A stretch of DNA of 64,000 nucleotides, taken from assembly GCA_964016885.1 (NCBI GenBank), contig OZ024753.1, positions 23,250,001-23,314,000 on the forward strand, written 5' to 3'. Position 1 is the stretch's first letter; each line of letters opens with the position of its first letter. The translations under genes were made by a program, and so were the position numbers. Below the pieces are notes generated by a model, which was not told where the DNA came from, searched no databases, and worked only from the letters and a program-made list of their open reading frames with translations. Shown here piece after piece: positions 27,901 through 42,300 of this stretch. The stretch is from Eledone cirrhosa (taxonomy: Eukaryota).

Positions 27901-30149
27901 GTCAAAACCCACTCTTTCAATGACTATGTCAAAACCCACTCTTTCAATGACAATGTCAAAACCTACTCCTTCAATGAATATGTCAAAACCCACTCTTTCA
28001 ATGACAGTCAAAACCCACTTTTCCAATGACAGTCAAAACCTACTCTTTCAATGACAATGTCAAAACCTACTCTTTCAATGACAGTCAAAACCCACTCTTT
28101 CATTGACAATGTCAAAACCCACTCTTTCAATGACAATGTTAAAACCTACTCTTTCAATGACAGCCAAACCCACTCTTTCAATGACAGTCAAAACCAACTC
28201 TTTCAATGACAATGTTAAAACCCACTCTTTCAATGACAGTCAAAACCCACTCTTTCAATGACAATGTCAAAACCCACTCTTTCAATGACAATGTCAAAAC
28301 CTACTCCTTCAATGACAGCCAAAATCTACACTTTCAATGACAATGTCAAAACCCACTCTTTCAATGACAGTCAAAACACACTCTTTCAATGACAATCAAA
28401 ACCCACTCTTTCAATGACAATGTCAAAACCCACTCTTTCAATGACAGTCAAAACCCACTCTTCCAATGACAGTCAAAACCTACTCTTTCAATGACAGTCA
28501 AAACCCATTCTTTCAATGACAGTCAAAACCCACTCTTTCAATGTCAGGCAAAACCTACTCTTTCAATGACAGTCAAATCCCACTCTTTCAATCACAGTGT
28601 CATAACCCACTCTTTCAATGACAGTCAAAACCCACTATTTCAATGATAATGTCAAACCTACTCTTTCAATGAATGTCAAAACCCACTCTTTCAATGACAA
28701 TGTCAAAACCTACTCTTTCAATGACAGTCAAAACCCACTCTTTCAATGACAATCAAAACCCACTCTTTCAATGAGAGGCAAAACCCACTCTTTCAATGAC
28801 AATGTCAAAACCTATCTTTCAATGACAATCAAATCCCACTCTTTGAATGACAATGTCAACACCCACTATTTCAATGACAATGTCAAAACCTACTCTTTCA
28901 ATGTCAGTCAAACCCACTATTTCAATGACAGTCAAAACACACTAATTCAATGACAGTCAAAACCCACTCTTTCAATGACAGTCAAAAACCCACTCTTTCA
29001 ATGACAGCTAACACCCACTCTTTCATTGACAATGTCAAAAGCCACTCTTTCAATGACAATGTCAAAAGCTACCCCTTTCAATGACAGTCAAAACCCACTC
29101 TTTCAATGACAGTCAAAAACTACTCTTTCAATGACAGCCAAACCCACTCTTTCAATGACAGTCAAAACCCACTCTTTCAATGACAATGTTAAAACCCACT
29201 CTTTCAATGACAATGTCAAAACCTACTCTTTCAATGACAATGTCAAAACCCACTCTTTCAATGATAGTCAAAACCCACTCTTTCAATGACAATAAAAACC
29301 CACTATTTAAATGACAGTCAAAACCTACTCTTTCAATGACAGTCAAAACCTACTCTTTCAATGACAATGTCAAAACCCACTCTTTCAATGACAGTCAAAA
29401 CCCACTTTTCCAATGACAGTCAAAACCTACTCTTTCAATGACAATGTCAAAACCCATTCTTTCAATGACAGTCAAAACCCACTCTTTCAATGACAGTCAA
29501 AACCCACTCTTTCAATGACAATGTCAAAACCCACTCTTTCAATGACAGTCAAAACCCACTCTTTCAATGACAGTGTCAAAACCCACTCTTTCAATGACAA
29601 TGTCAAAACCTACTCCTTCAATGACAGCCAAAATCTACTCTTTCAATGACAGTGTCAAAATCCACTCTTTCAATGACAGTCAAAACACAATCTTTCAATG
29701 AGAATCAAAACCCACTCTTTAAATGACAGTCAAAACCTACTCTTTCAATGACAATGTCAAAACCCATTCTTTCAATGACAGTCAAAACCCACTCTTTCAA
29801 TGACAGTCAAAACCCACTCTTTCAATGACAATGTCAAAACCCACTCTTTCAATGACAGTCAAAACCCACTCTTTCAATGACAGTGTCAAAACCCACTCTT
29901 TCAATGACAATGTCAAAATCTACTCCTTCAATGAATGTCAAAACCCACAATTTCAATGACAATGTCAAAACCTACTCTTTCAATGACAGTCAAAATCCAC
30001 TCTTTCAATGACAATCAAAACCCACTCTTTCAATGACAGTCAAAACCCACTCTTTCAATGACAATGTCAAAACCCACTCTTTCAATGACAATCAAAATAC
30101 CACTCTTTCAATGAAAATGTCAAAACCCACTCTTTCAATGACAATGTCA

Positions 30150-33100
30150 AACCCTACTCCTTCAATGACAGACAAAATCTACTCTTTCAATGACAATGTC
30201 AACACCCACTCTTTCAATGACAGTCAAAACACACTTCAATGACAATCAAAACCCACTCTTTAAATGACAGTGAAAATCTACTCTTTCAATGACAGTCAAA
30301 ACCCACTCTTCCAATGACAGTGAAAACCTACTCTTTCAATGACAGTCAAAACCCATTCTTTCAATGACAGTCAAAACCCACTCTTTCAATGTCAGGCAAA
30401 ACCTACTCTTTCAATGAGAGTCAAATCCCACTCTTTCAATCAGAGTGTCATAACCCACTCTTTCAATGACAGTCAAAACCCACTATTTCAATGATAATGT
30501 CAAACCTACTCTTTCAATGAATGTCAAAACCCACTCTTTCAATGACAATTTCAAAACCTACTCTTTCAATGACAGTCAAAACCCACTCTTTCAATGACAA
30601 TCAAAACCCACTCTTTCAATGACAATGTCAAAACCTATCTTTCAATGACAGTAAAATCCCACTCTTTGAATGACAGTGTCAAAACCCACTCTTTCAATTA
30701 CAGTCAAAACCCACTCTTTCAATGACAATGTCAACACCCACTATTTCAATGACAGTCAAAACACACCCTTTCAATGACAGTCAAAACCCACTCTTTCAAT
30801 GACAGTCAAAAACCCACTCTTTCAATGACAGCTAACACCCACTCTTTCATTGACAATGTCAAAACCCACTCTTTCAATGACAATGTCAAAACCTACTCTT
30901 TCAATGACAGTCAAAACCCACTCTTTCAAAGACAGTAAAAACCTACTCTTTCAATGACAGCCAAACCCACTCTTTCAATGACAGTCAAAACCAACTCTTT
31001 CAATGACAATGTTAAAACCCACTCTTTCAATGACAATGTCAAAACCTACTCTTTCAATGACAGCCAAAACCTACTCTTTCGATGACAAGGTCAAAATCCA
31101 CTCTTTCAATGACAGTCAAAACCCACTCTTTCAATGACAATAAAAACCAACTCATTAAATGACAGTCAAAACCTACTCTTTCAATGAATATGTCAAAACC
31201 CACTCGTTCAATGACAGTCAAAACCCACTTTTCCAATGACAGTCAAAACCTACTCTTTCAATGACAGTCAAAACCCACTCTTTCAATGACAATGTCAAAA
31301 CCCACTCTTTAATTGACAGTCAAAACCCACTCTTTCAATGACAATGTCAAAACCCACTCTTTCAATGACAATGTCAAAACCTACTCCTTCAATGACAGCC
31401 AGAATCTACTCTTTCAATGACAATGTCAAAACCCACTCTTTCAATGACAGTCAAAACACACTCTTTCAATGACAATCAAAACCCACTCTTTAAATGACAG
31501 TCAAAACCTACTCTTTCAATGACAGCCAAAACCTACTCTTTCAATGACAATGTCAAAACCTACTCTTTCAATGACAGTCAAAACCCACTCTTTCAATGAC
31601 AGTCAAAACCCACTCTTTCAATGACCGTCAAAACCCACTCTTTCAATGACAGTCAAAAACCCACTCTTTCAATGACAGCTAACACCCACTCTTTCATTGA
31701 CAATGTCAAAACCCACTCTTTCAATGACAATGTTAAAACCTACTCTTTCAATGACAGTCAAAACCCACTCTTTCAATGACAGTCAAAACCTACTCTTTCA
31801 ATGACAGCCAAACCCACTCTTTCAATGACAGTCAAAACCAACTCTTTCAATGACAATGTTAAAACCCACTCTTTCAATGACAATGTCAAAACCTACTCTT
31901 TCAATGACAGCCAAAACCTACTCTTTCAATGACAATGTCAAAACCCACTCTTTCAATGACAGTCAAAACCCACTCTTTCAATGACAATAAAAACCCACTC
32001 TTTAAATGACAGTCAAAACCTACTCTTTTAATGACAATGTCAAAACCCACTCTTTCAATGACAGTCAAAACCCACTTTTCCAATGACAGTCAAAACCTAC
32101 TCTTTCAATGACAATGTCAAAACCCATTCTTTCAATGACAGTCAAAATCCACTCTTTCAATGACAGTCAAAACCCACTCTTTCAATGACAATGTCAAAAC
32201 CCACCCTTTCAATGACAGTCAAAACCCACTCTTTCAATGACAATGTCAAAACCCACTCTTTCAATGACAATGTCAAAACCTACTCCTTCAATGACAGACA
32301 AAATCTACTCTTTCAATGACAATGTCAACACCCACTCTTTCAATGACAGTCAAAACACACTTCAATGACAATCAAAACCCACACTTTAAATGACAGTGAA
32401 AATCTACTCTTTCAATGACAGTCAAAACCCACTCTTCCAATGACAGTGAAGACCTACTCTTTCAATGACAGTCAAAACCCATTCTTTCAATGACAGTCAA
32501 AACCCACTCTTTCAATGTCAGGCAAAACCTACTCTTTCAATGAGAGTCAAATCCCACTCTTTCAATCACAGTGTCATAACCCACTCTTTCAATGACAGTC
32601 AAAACCCACTATTTCAATGATAATGTCAAACCTACTCTTTCAATGAATGTCAAAACCCACTCTTTCAATGACAATTTCAAAACCTACTCTTTCAATGACA
32701 GTCAAAACCCACTCTTTCAATGACAATCAAAACCCACTCTTTCAATGACAATGTCAAAACCTATCTTTCAATGACAGTAAAATCCCACTCTTTGAATGAC
32801 AGTGTCAAAACCCACTCTTTCAATTACAGTCAAAACCCACTCTTTCAATGACAATGTCAACACCCACTATTTCAATGACAGTCAAAACACACCCTTTCAA
32901 TGACAGTCAAAACCCACTCTTTCAATGACAGTCAAAAACCCACTCTTTCAATGACAGCTAACACCCACTCTTTCATTGACAATGTCAAAACCCACTCTTT
33001 CAATGTCAATGTCAAAACCTACTCTTTCAATGACAGTCAAAACCCACTCTTTCAAAGACAGTAAAAACCTACTCTTTCAATGACAGCCAAACCCACTCTT

Positions 33101-34400
33101 TCAATGACAGTCAAAACCAACTCTTTCAATGACAATGTTAAAACCCACTCTTTCAATGACAATGTCAAAACCTACTCTTTCAATGACAGCCAAAACCTAC
33201 TCTTTCGATGACAAGGTCAAAATCCACTCTTTCAATGACAGTCAAAACCCACTCTTTCAATGACAATAAAAACCAACTCATTAAATGACAGTCAAAACCT
33301 ACTCTTTCAATGAATATGTCAAAACCCACTCTTTCAATGACAGTCAAAACCCACTTTTCCAATGACAGTCAAAACCTACTCTTTCAATGACAGTCAAAAC
33401 CCACTCTTTCAATGACAATGTCAAAACCCACTCTTTAATTGACAGTCAAAACCCACTCTTTCAATGACAATGTCAAAACCCACTCTTTCAATGACAATGT
33501 CAAAACCTACTCCTTCAATGACAGCCAGAATCTACTCTTTCAATGACAATGTCAAAACCCACTCTTTCAATGACAGTCAAAACACACTCTTTCAATGACA
33601 ATCAAAACCCACTCTTTAAATGACAGTCAAAACCTACTCTTTCAATGACAGCCAAAACCTACTCTTTCAATGACAATGTCAAAACCTACTCTTTCAATGA
33701 CAGTCAAAACCCACTCTTTCAATGACAGTCAAAACCCACTCTTTCAATGACCGTCAAAACCCACTCTTTCAATGACAGTCAAAAAGCCACTCTTTCAATG
33801 ACAGCTAACACCCACTCTTTCATTGACAATGTCAAAACCCACTCTTTCAATGACAATGTTAAAACCTACTCTTTCAATGACAGTCAAAACCCACTCTTTC
33901 AATGACAGTCAAAACCTACTCTTTCAATGACAGCCAAACCCACTCTTTCAATGACAGTCAAAACCAACTCTTTCAATGACAATGTTAAAACCCACTCTTT
34001 CAATGACAATGTCAAAACCTACTCTTTCAATGACAGCCAAAACCTACTCTTTCAATGACAATGTCAAAACCCACTCTTTCAATGACAGTCAAAACCCACT
34101 CTTTCAATGACAATAAAAACCCACTCTTTAAATGACAGTCAAAACCTACTCTTTTAATGACAATGTCAAAACCCACTCTTTCAATGACAGTCAAAACCCA
34201 CTTTTCCAATGACAGTCAAAACCTACTCTTTCAATGACAATGTCAAAACCCATTCTTTCAATGACAGTCAAAATCCACTCTTTCAATGACAGTCAAAACC
34301 CACTCTTTCAATGACAATGTCAAAACCCACCCTTTCAATGACAGTCAAAACCCACTCTTTCAATGACAATGTCAAAACCCACTCTTTCAATGACAATGTC
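30150..34400 (+). repeat. Higher-order domain C: tandem duplication with a 2126-bp period
   Basis: ORF pairs 31054/33180 and 31901/34027. Private markers tcaaagacagtaaaaa (~30926, ~33052), acacacccttt (~30761, ~32887) and ccaccctttc (~32201, ~34327). Confidence 0.92.
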
Positions 34401-37400
34401 AAAACCTACTCCTTCAATGACAGCCAAAATCTACTCTTTCAATGACAGTGTCAAAACCCACTCTTTCAATGACAGTCAAAACACAATCTTTCAATGAGAA
34501 TCAAAACCCACTCTTTAAATGACAGTGAAAACCTACTCTTTCAATTACAGCCAAAACCTACTCTTTCAATGACAATGTCAAAACCCACTCTTTCAATGAC
34601 AGTCAAAACCCACTCTTCCAATGACAGTCAAAACCTACTCTTTCAATGACAGTCAAAACCCATTCTTTCAATGACAGTCAAAACCCACTCTTTCAATGTC
34701 AGGCAAAACCTACTCTTTCAATGACAGTCAAATCCCACTCTTTCAATCACAGTGTCATAACCCACTCTTTCAATGACAGTCAAAACCCACTATTTCAATG
34801 ATAATGTCAAACCTACTCTTTCAATGAATGTCAAAACCCACTCTTTCAATGACAATGTCAAAACCTACTCTTTCAATGACAGTCAAAACCCACTCTTTCA
34901 ATGACAATCAAAACCCACTCTTTCAATGAGAGGCAAAACCCACTCTTTCAATGACAATGTCAAAACCTATCTTTCAATGACAATCAAATCCCACTCTTTG
35001 AATGACAGTGTCAAAACCCACTCTTTCAATTACAGTCAAAACCCACACTTTCAATGACAATGTCAACACCCACTATTTCAATGACAATGTCAAAACCTAC
35101 TCTTTCAAAGTCAGTCAAACCCACTATTTCAATGACAGTCAAAACACACTAATTCAATGACAGTCAAAACCCACTCTTTCAATGACAGTCAAAAACCCAC
35201 TCTTTCAATGACAGCTAACACCCACTCTTTCATTGACAATGTCAAAACCCACTCTTTCAATGACAATGTCAAAAGCTACCCCTTTCAATGACAGTCAAAA
35301 CCTACTCTTTCAATGACAGTCAAAACCTACTCTTTCAATGACAGCCAAACCCACTCTTTCAATGACAGTCAAAACCCACTCTTTCAATGACAATGTTAAA
35401 ACCCACTCTTTCAATGACAATGTCAAAACCTACTCTTTCAATGACAATGTCAAAACCCACTCTTTCAATGATAGTCAAAACCCACTCTTTCAATGACAAT
35501 AAAAACCCACTCTTTAAATGACAGTCAAAACCTACTCTTTCAATGACAGTCAAAACCTACTCTTTCAATGACAATGTCAAAACCCACTCTTTCAATGACA
35601 GTCAAAACCCACTTTTCCAATGACAGTCAAAACCTACTCTTTCAATGACAATGTCAAAACCCATTCTTTCAATGACAGTCAAAACCCACTCTTTCAATGA
35701 CAGTCAAAACCCACTCTTTCAATGACAATGTCAAAACCCACTCTTTCAATGACAGTCAAAACCCACTCTTTCAATGACAGTGTCAAAACCCACTCTTTCA
35801 ATGACAATGTCAAAACCTACTCCTTCAATGACAGCCAAAATCTACTCTTTCAATGACAGTGTCAAAACCCACTCTTTCAATGACAGTCAAAACACAATCT
35901 TTCAATGAGAATCAAAACCCACTCTTTAAATGACAGTCAAAACCTACTCTTTCAATGACAGCCAAAACCTACTCTTTCAATGACAATGTCAAAACCCACT
36001 CTTTCAATGACAGTCAAAACCCACTCTTCCAATGACAGTCAAAACCTACTCTTTCAATGACAGTCAAAACCCACTCTTTCAATGTCAGGCAAAACCTACT
36101 CTTTCAATGACAGTCAAATCCAACTCTTTCAATCACAGTGTCATAACCCACTCTTTCAATGACAGTCAAAACCTACTATTTCAATGATAATGTCAAACCT
36201 ACTCTTTCAATGAATGTCAAAACCCACTCTTTCAATGACAATGTCAAAACCTACTCTTTCAACGACAGTCAAAATCCACTCTTTCAATGACAATCAAAAC
36301 CCACTCTTTCAATGACAGTCAAAACCCACTCTTTTAATGAGAGTCAAAACCCACTCTTTCAATGACAGTCAAACCCACTCTTTCAATGACAATGTCAAAA
36401 CCCACTCTTCCAATGACAATCAAAACCCACTCTTTCAATGAAAATGTCAAAACCCACTCTTTCAATGACAATGTCAAACCCTACTCCTTCAATGACAGAC
36501 AAAATCTACTCTTTCAATGACAATGTCAACACCCACTCTTTCAATGACAGTCAAAACACACTTCAATGACAGTCAAAACCCACTCTTCCAATGACAGTGA
36601 AAACCTACTCTTTCAATGACAGTCAAAACCCATTCTTTCAATGACAGTCAAAACCCACTCTTTCAATGTCAGGAAAAACCTACTCTTTCAATGAGAGTCA
36701 AATCCCACTCTTTCAATCACAGTGTCATAACCCACTCTTTCAATGACAGTCAAAACCCACTATTTCAATGATAATGTCAAACCTACTCTTTCAATGAATG
36801 TCAAAACCCACTCTTTCAATGACAATTTCAAAACCTACTCTTTCAATGACAGTCAAAACCCACTCTTTCAATGACAATCAAAACCCACTCTTTCAATGAC
36901 AATGTCAAAACCTATCTTTCAATGACAGTCAAATCCCACTCTTTGAATGACAGTGTCAAAACCCACTCTTCAATTACAGTCAAAACCCACTCTTTCAATG
37001 ACAATGTCAACACCCACTATTTCAATGACAATGTCAAAACCTACTCTTTCAATGTCAGTCAAACCCACTATTTCAATGACAGTCAAAACACACTATTTCA
37101 ATGACAGTCAAAACCCACTCTTTCAATGACAGTCAAAAACCCACTCTTTCAATGACAGCTAACACCCACTCTTTCATTGACAATGTCAAAACCCACTCTT
37201 TCAATGACAATGTCAAAACCTACTCTTTCAATGACAGCCAAACCCACTCTTTCAATGACAGTCAAAACCAACTCTTTCAATGACAATGTTAAAACCCACT
37301 CTTTCAATGACAATGTCAAAACCTACTCTTTCAATGACAGCCAAAACCTACTCTTTCGATGACAAGGTCAAAACCCACTCTTTCAATGACAGTCAAAACC

Positions 37401-39399
37401 CACTCTTTCAATGACAATATAAACCAACTCATTAAATGACAGTCAAAACCTACTCTTTCAATGAATATGTCAAAACCCACTCTTTCAATGACAGTCAAAA
37501 CCCACTTTTCCAATGACAGTCAAAACCTACTCTTTCAATGACAATGTCAAAACCCATTCTTTCAATGACAGTCAAAACCCACTCTTTCAATGACAGTCAA
37601 AACCCACTCTTTCAATGACAATGTCAAAACCCACTCTTTAATTGACAGTCAAAACCCACTCTTTCAATGACAATGTCAAAACCCACTCTTTCAATGACAA
37701 TGTCAAAACCTACTCCTTCAATGACAGCCAGAATCTACTCTTTCAATGACAATGTCAAAACCCACTCTTTCAATGACAGTCAAAACACACTCTTTCAATG
37801 ACAGTCAAAACCTACTCTTTCAATGACAGTCAAAACCCATTCTTTCAATGACAGTCAAAACCCACTCTTTCAATGTCAGGCAAAACCTACTCTTTCAATG
37901 ACAGTCAAATCCCACTCTTTCAATCACAGTGTCATAACCCACTCTTTCAATGACAGTCAAAACCCACTATTTCAATGATAATGTCAAACCTACTCTTTCA
38001 ATGAGAGGCAAAACCCACTCTTTCAATGACAATGTCATAACCTATCTTTCAATGACAGTCAAATCCCACTCTTTCAATGATAATGTCAAACCTACTCTTT
38101 CAATGAATGTCAAAACCCACTCTTTCAATGACAATGTCAAAACCTACTCTTTCAATGACAGCCAAAACCTACTCTTTCAATGACAATGTCAAAACCCACT
38201 CTTTCAATGACAATAAAAACCCACTCTTTAAATGACACTGAAAACCTACTCTTTCAATGACAGTCAAAACCTACTCTTTCAATGACAATGTCAAAACCCA
38301 CTCTTTCAATGACAGTCAAAACCCACTTTTCCAATGACAGTCAAAACCTACTCATTCAATGAAAATGTCAAAACCCACTCTTTCAATGACGGCCAAAACC
38401 TACTCTTTCAATGACAATGTCAAAACCCACTCTTTCATTGACAATAAAAACCCACTCTTTAAATGACACTCAAAACCTACTCTTTCAATGACAGTCAAAA
38501 CCTACTCTTTCAATGACAATGTCACAACCTACTCTTTCAATGACAGTCAAATCCCACTCTTTAATTGACAGTCAAAACCCACTCCTCCAATGACAATTTC
38601 AAAACCCACTCTTTCAATGACAATGTCAAAACCTACACTTTCAATGACAATGTCACAACCTTCTCTTTCAATGACAATCAAAACCCACTCTTTCAATGAC
38701 AATGTCAAAACCCACTCTTTCAATGACAGTCAAAACCCACTCTTTCAGTGAAAATGTCAAAACCCACTCTTTCAATGACAATGTCAACACCCACTCTTTC
38801 AATGACAGTCAAAACACACTTCAATGACAATCAAAACCCACTCTTTAAATGACAGTGAAAATCTACTCTTTCAATGACAGTCAAAACCCACTCTTCCAAT
38901 GACAGTGAAAACCTACTCTTTCAATGACAGTCAAAACCCATTCTTTCAATGACAGTCAAAACCTACTCTTTCAATGAGAGTCACATCCCACTCTTTCAAT
39001 CACAGTGTCATAACCCACTCTTTCAATGACAGTCAAAACCCACTATTTCAATGATAATGTCAAACCTACTCTTTCAATGAATGTCAAAACCCACTCTTTC
39101 AATGACAATGTCAAAACCTACTCTTTCAATGACAGTCAAAACCCACTCTTTCAATGACAGTCAAATCCCACTCTTTGAATGACAGTGTCAAAAGCCACTC
39201 TTTCAATTACAGTCAAAACCCACTCTTTCAATGACAATGTCAACACCCACTATTTCAATGACAATGTCAAAACCTACTCTTTCAATGTCAGTCAAACCCA
39301 CTATTTCAATGACAGTCAAAACACACTCATTCAATGACAGTCAAAAACCCACTCTTTCAATGACAGCTAACACCCACTCTTTCATTGACAATGTCAAAA

Positions 39400-42300
39400 C
39401 CCACTCTTTCAATGACAATGTCAAAACCTACTCTTTCAATGACAGCCAAAACCTACTCTTTCAATGACAATGTCAAAATCCACTCTTTCAATGACAATAA
39501 AAACCCACTCTTTAAATGACACTCAAAACCTACTCTTTCAATGACAGTCAAAACCTACTCTTTCAATGACAATGTCAAAACACACTCTTTCAATGACAGT
39601 CAAAACCCACTTTTCCAATGACACTCAAAACCTACTCTTTCAATGACAGTCAAAACCTACTCTTTCAATGACAATGTCAAAACCCACTCTTTCAATGACA
39701 GTCAAAACCCACTCTTTCAATGACAATAAAAACCCACTCTTTAAATGACAGTCAAAACCTACTCTTTTAATGACAATGTCAAAACCCACTCTTTCAATGA
39801 CAGTCAAAACCCACTTTTCCAATGACAGTCAAAACCTACTCTTTCAATGACAATGTCAAAACCCATTCTTTCAATGACAGTCAAAATCTACTCTTTCAAT
39901 GACAGTCAAAACCCACTCTTTCAATGACAATGTCAAAACCCACTCTTTCAATGACAGTCAAAACCCACTCTTTCAATGACAATGTCAAAACCCACTCTTT
40001 CAATGACAATGTCAAAATCTACTCCTTCAATGACAGCCAAAATCTACTCTTTCAATGACAATGTCAAAACCCACTCTTTCAATGACAGTCAAAACACACT
40101 CTTTCAATGACAATCAAAACCCACTCTTTAAATGACAGTGAAAACCTACTCTTTCAATGACAGCCAAAACCTACTCTTTCAATGACAATGTCAAAACCCA
40201 CTCTTTCAATGACAGTCAAAACCCACTCTTCCAATGACAGTCAAAACCTACTCATTCAATGACAGTCAAAACCCATTCTTTCAATGACAGTCAAAACCCA
40301 CTCTTTCAATGTCAGGCAAAACCTACTCTTTCAATGACAGTCAAATCCCACTCTTTCAATCACAGTGTCATAACCCACTCTTTCGATGACAGTCAAAACC
40401 CACTATTTCAATGATAATGTCAAACCTACTCTTTCAATGAATGTCAAAACCCACTCTTTCAATGACAATGTCAAAACCTACTCTTTCAATGACAGTCAAA
40501 ACCCACTCTTTCAATGACAATCAAAACCCACTCTTTCAATGAGAGGCAAAACCCACTCTTTCAATGACAATGTCAAAACCTATCTTTCAATGACAATCAA
40601 ATCCCACTCTTTGAATGACAGTGTCAAAACCCACTCTTTCAATTACAGTCAAAACCCACTCTTTCAATGACAATGTCAAAACCTACTCTTTCAATGACAA
40701 TGTCAAAACCTACTCTTTCAATGACAGCCAAAACCTACTCTTTCAATGACAATGTCAAAATCCACTCTTTCAATGACAATAAAAACCCACTCTTTAAATG
40801 ACACTCAAAACCTACTCTTTCAATGACAGTCAAAACCTACTCTTTCAATGACAATGTCAAAACACACTCTTTCAATGACAGTCAAAACCCACTTTTCCAA
40901 TGACACTCAAAACCTACTCTTTCAATGACAGTCAAAACCTACTCTTTCAATGACAATGTCAAAACCCACTCTTTCAATCACAGTCAAAACCCACTCTTTC
41001 AATGACAATAAAAACCCACTCTTTAAATGACAGTCAAAACCTACTCTTTTAATGACAATGTCAAAACCCACTCTTTCAATGACAGTCAAAACCCACTTTT
41101 CCAATGACAGTCAAAACCTACTCTTTCAATGACAATGTCAAAACCCATTCTTTCAATGACAGTCAAAATCTACTCTTTCAATGACAGTCAAAACCCACTC
41201 TTTCAATGACAATGTCAAAACCCACTCTTTCAATGACAGTCAAAACCCACTCTTTCAATGACAATGTCAAAACCCACTCTTTCAATGACAATGTCAAAAT
41301 CTACTCCTTCAATGACAGCCAAAATCTACTCTTTCAATGACAATGTCAAAACCCACTCTTTCAATGACAGTCAAAACACACTCTTTCAATGACAATCAAA
41401 ACCCACTCTTTAAATGACAGTGAAAACCTACTCTTTCAATGACAGCCAAAACCTACTCTTTCAATGACAATGTCAAAACCCACTCTTTCAATGACAGTCA
41501 AAACCCACTCTTCCAATGACAGTCAAAACCTACTCATTCAATGTCAGTCAAAACCCATTCTTTCAATGACAGTCAAAACCCACTCTTTCAATGTCAGGCA
41601 AAACCTACTCTTTCAATGACAGTCAAATCCCACTCTTTCAATCACAGTGTCATAACCCACTCTTTCGATGACAGTCAAAACCCACTATTTCAATGATAAT
41701 GTCAAACCTACTCTTTCAATGAATGTCAAAACCCACTCTTTCAATGACAATGTCAAAACCTACTCTTTCAATGACAGTCAAAACCCACTCTTTCAATGAC
41801 AATCAAAACCCACTCTTTCAATGAGAGGCAAAACCCACTCTTTCAATGACAATGTCAAAACCTATCTTTCAATGACAATCAAATCCCACTCTTTGAATGA
41901 CAGTGTCAAAACCCACTCTTTCAATTACAGTCAAAACCCACTCTTTCAATGACAATGTCAAAACCTACTCTTTCAATAATTCAATGACAGTCAAAACCCA
42001 CTCTTTCAATGACAGTCAAAAACCCACTCTTTCAATGACAGCTAACACCCACTCTTTCATTGACAAGGTCAAAACCCACTCTTTCAATGACAATGTCAAA
42101 AGCTACCCCTTTCAATGACAGTCAAAACCCACTCTTTCAATGACAGTCAAATCCTACTCTTTCAATGACAGCCAAACCCACTCTTTCAATGACAGTCAAA
42201 ACCCACTCTTTCAATGACAATGTCAAAACCTACTCTTTCAATGACAATGTCAAAACCCACTCTTTCAATGATAGTCAAAACCCACTCTTTCAATGACAGT

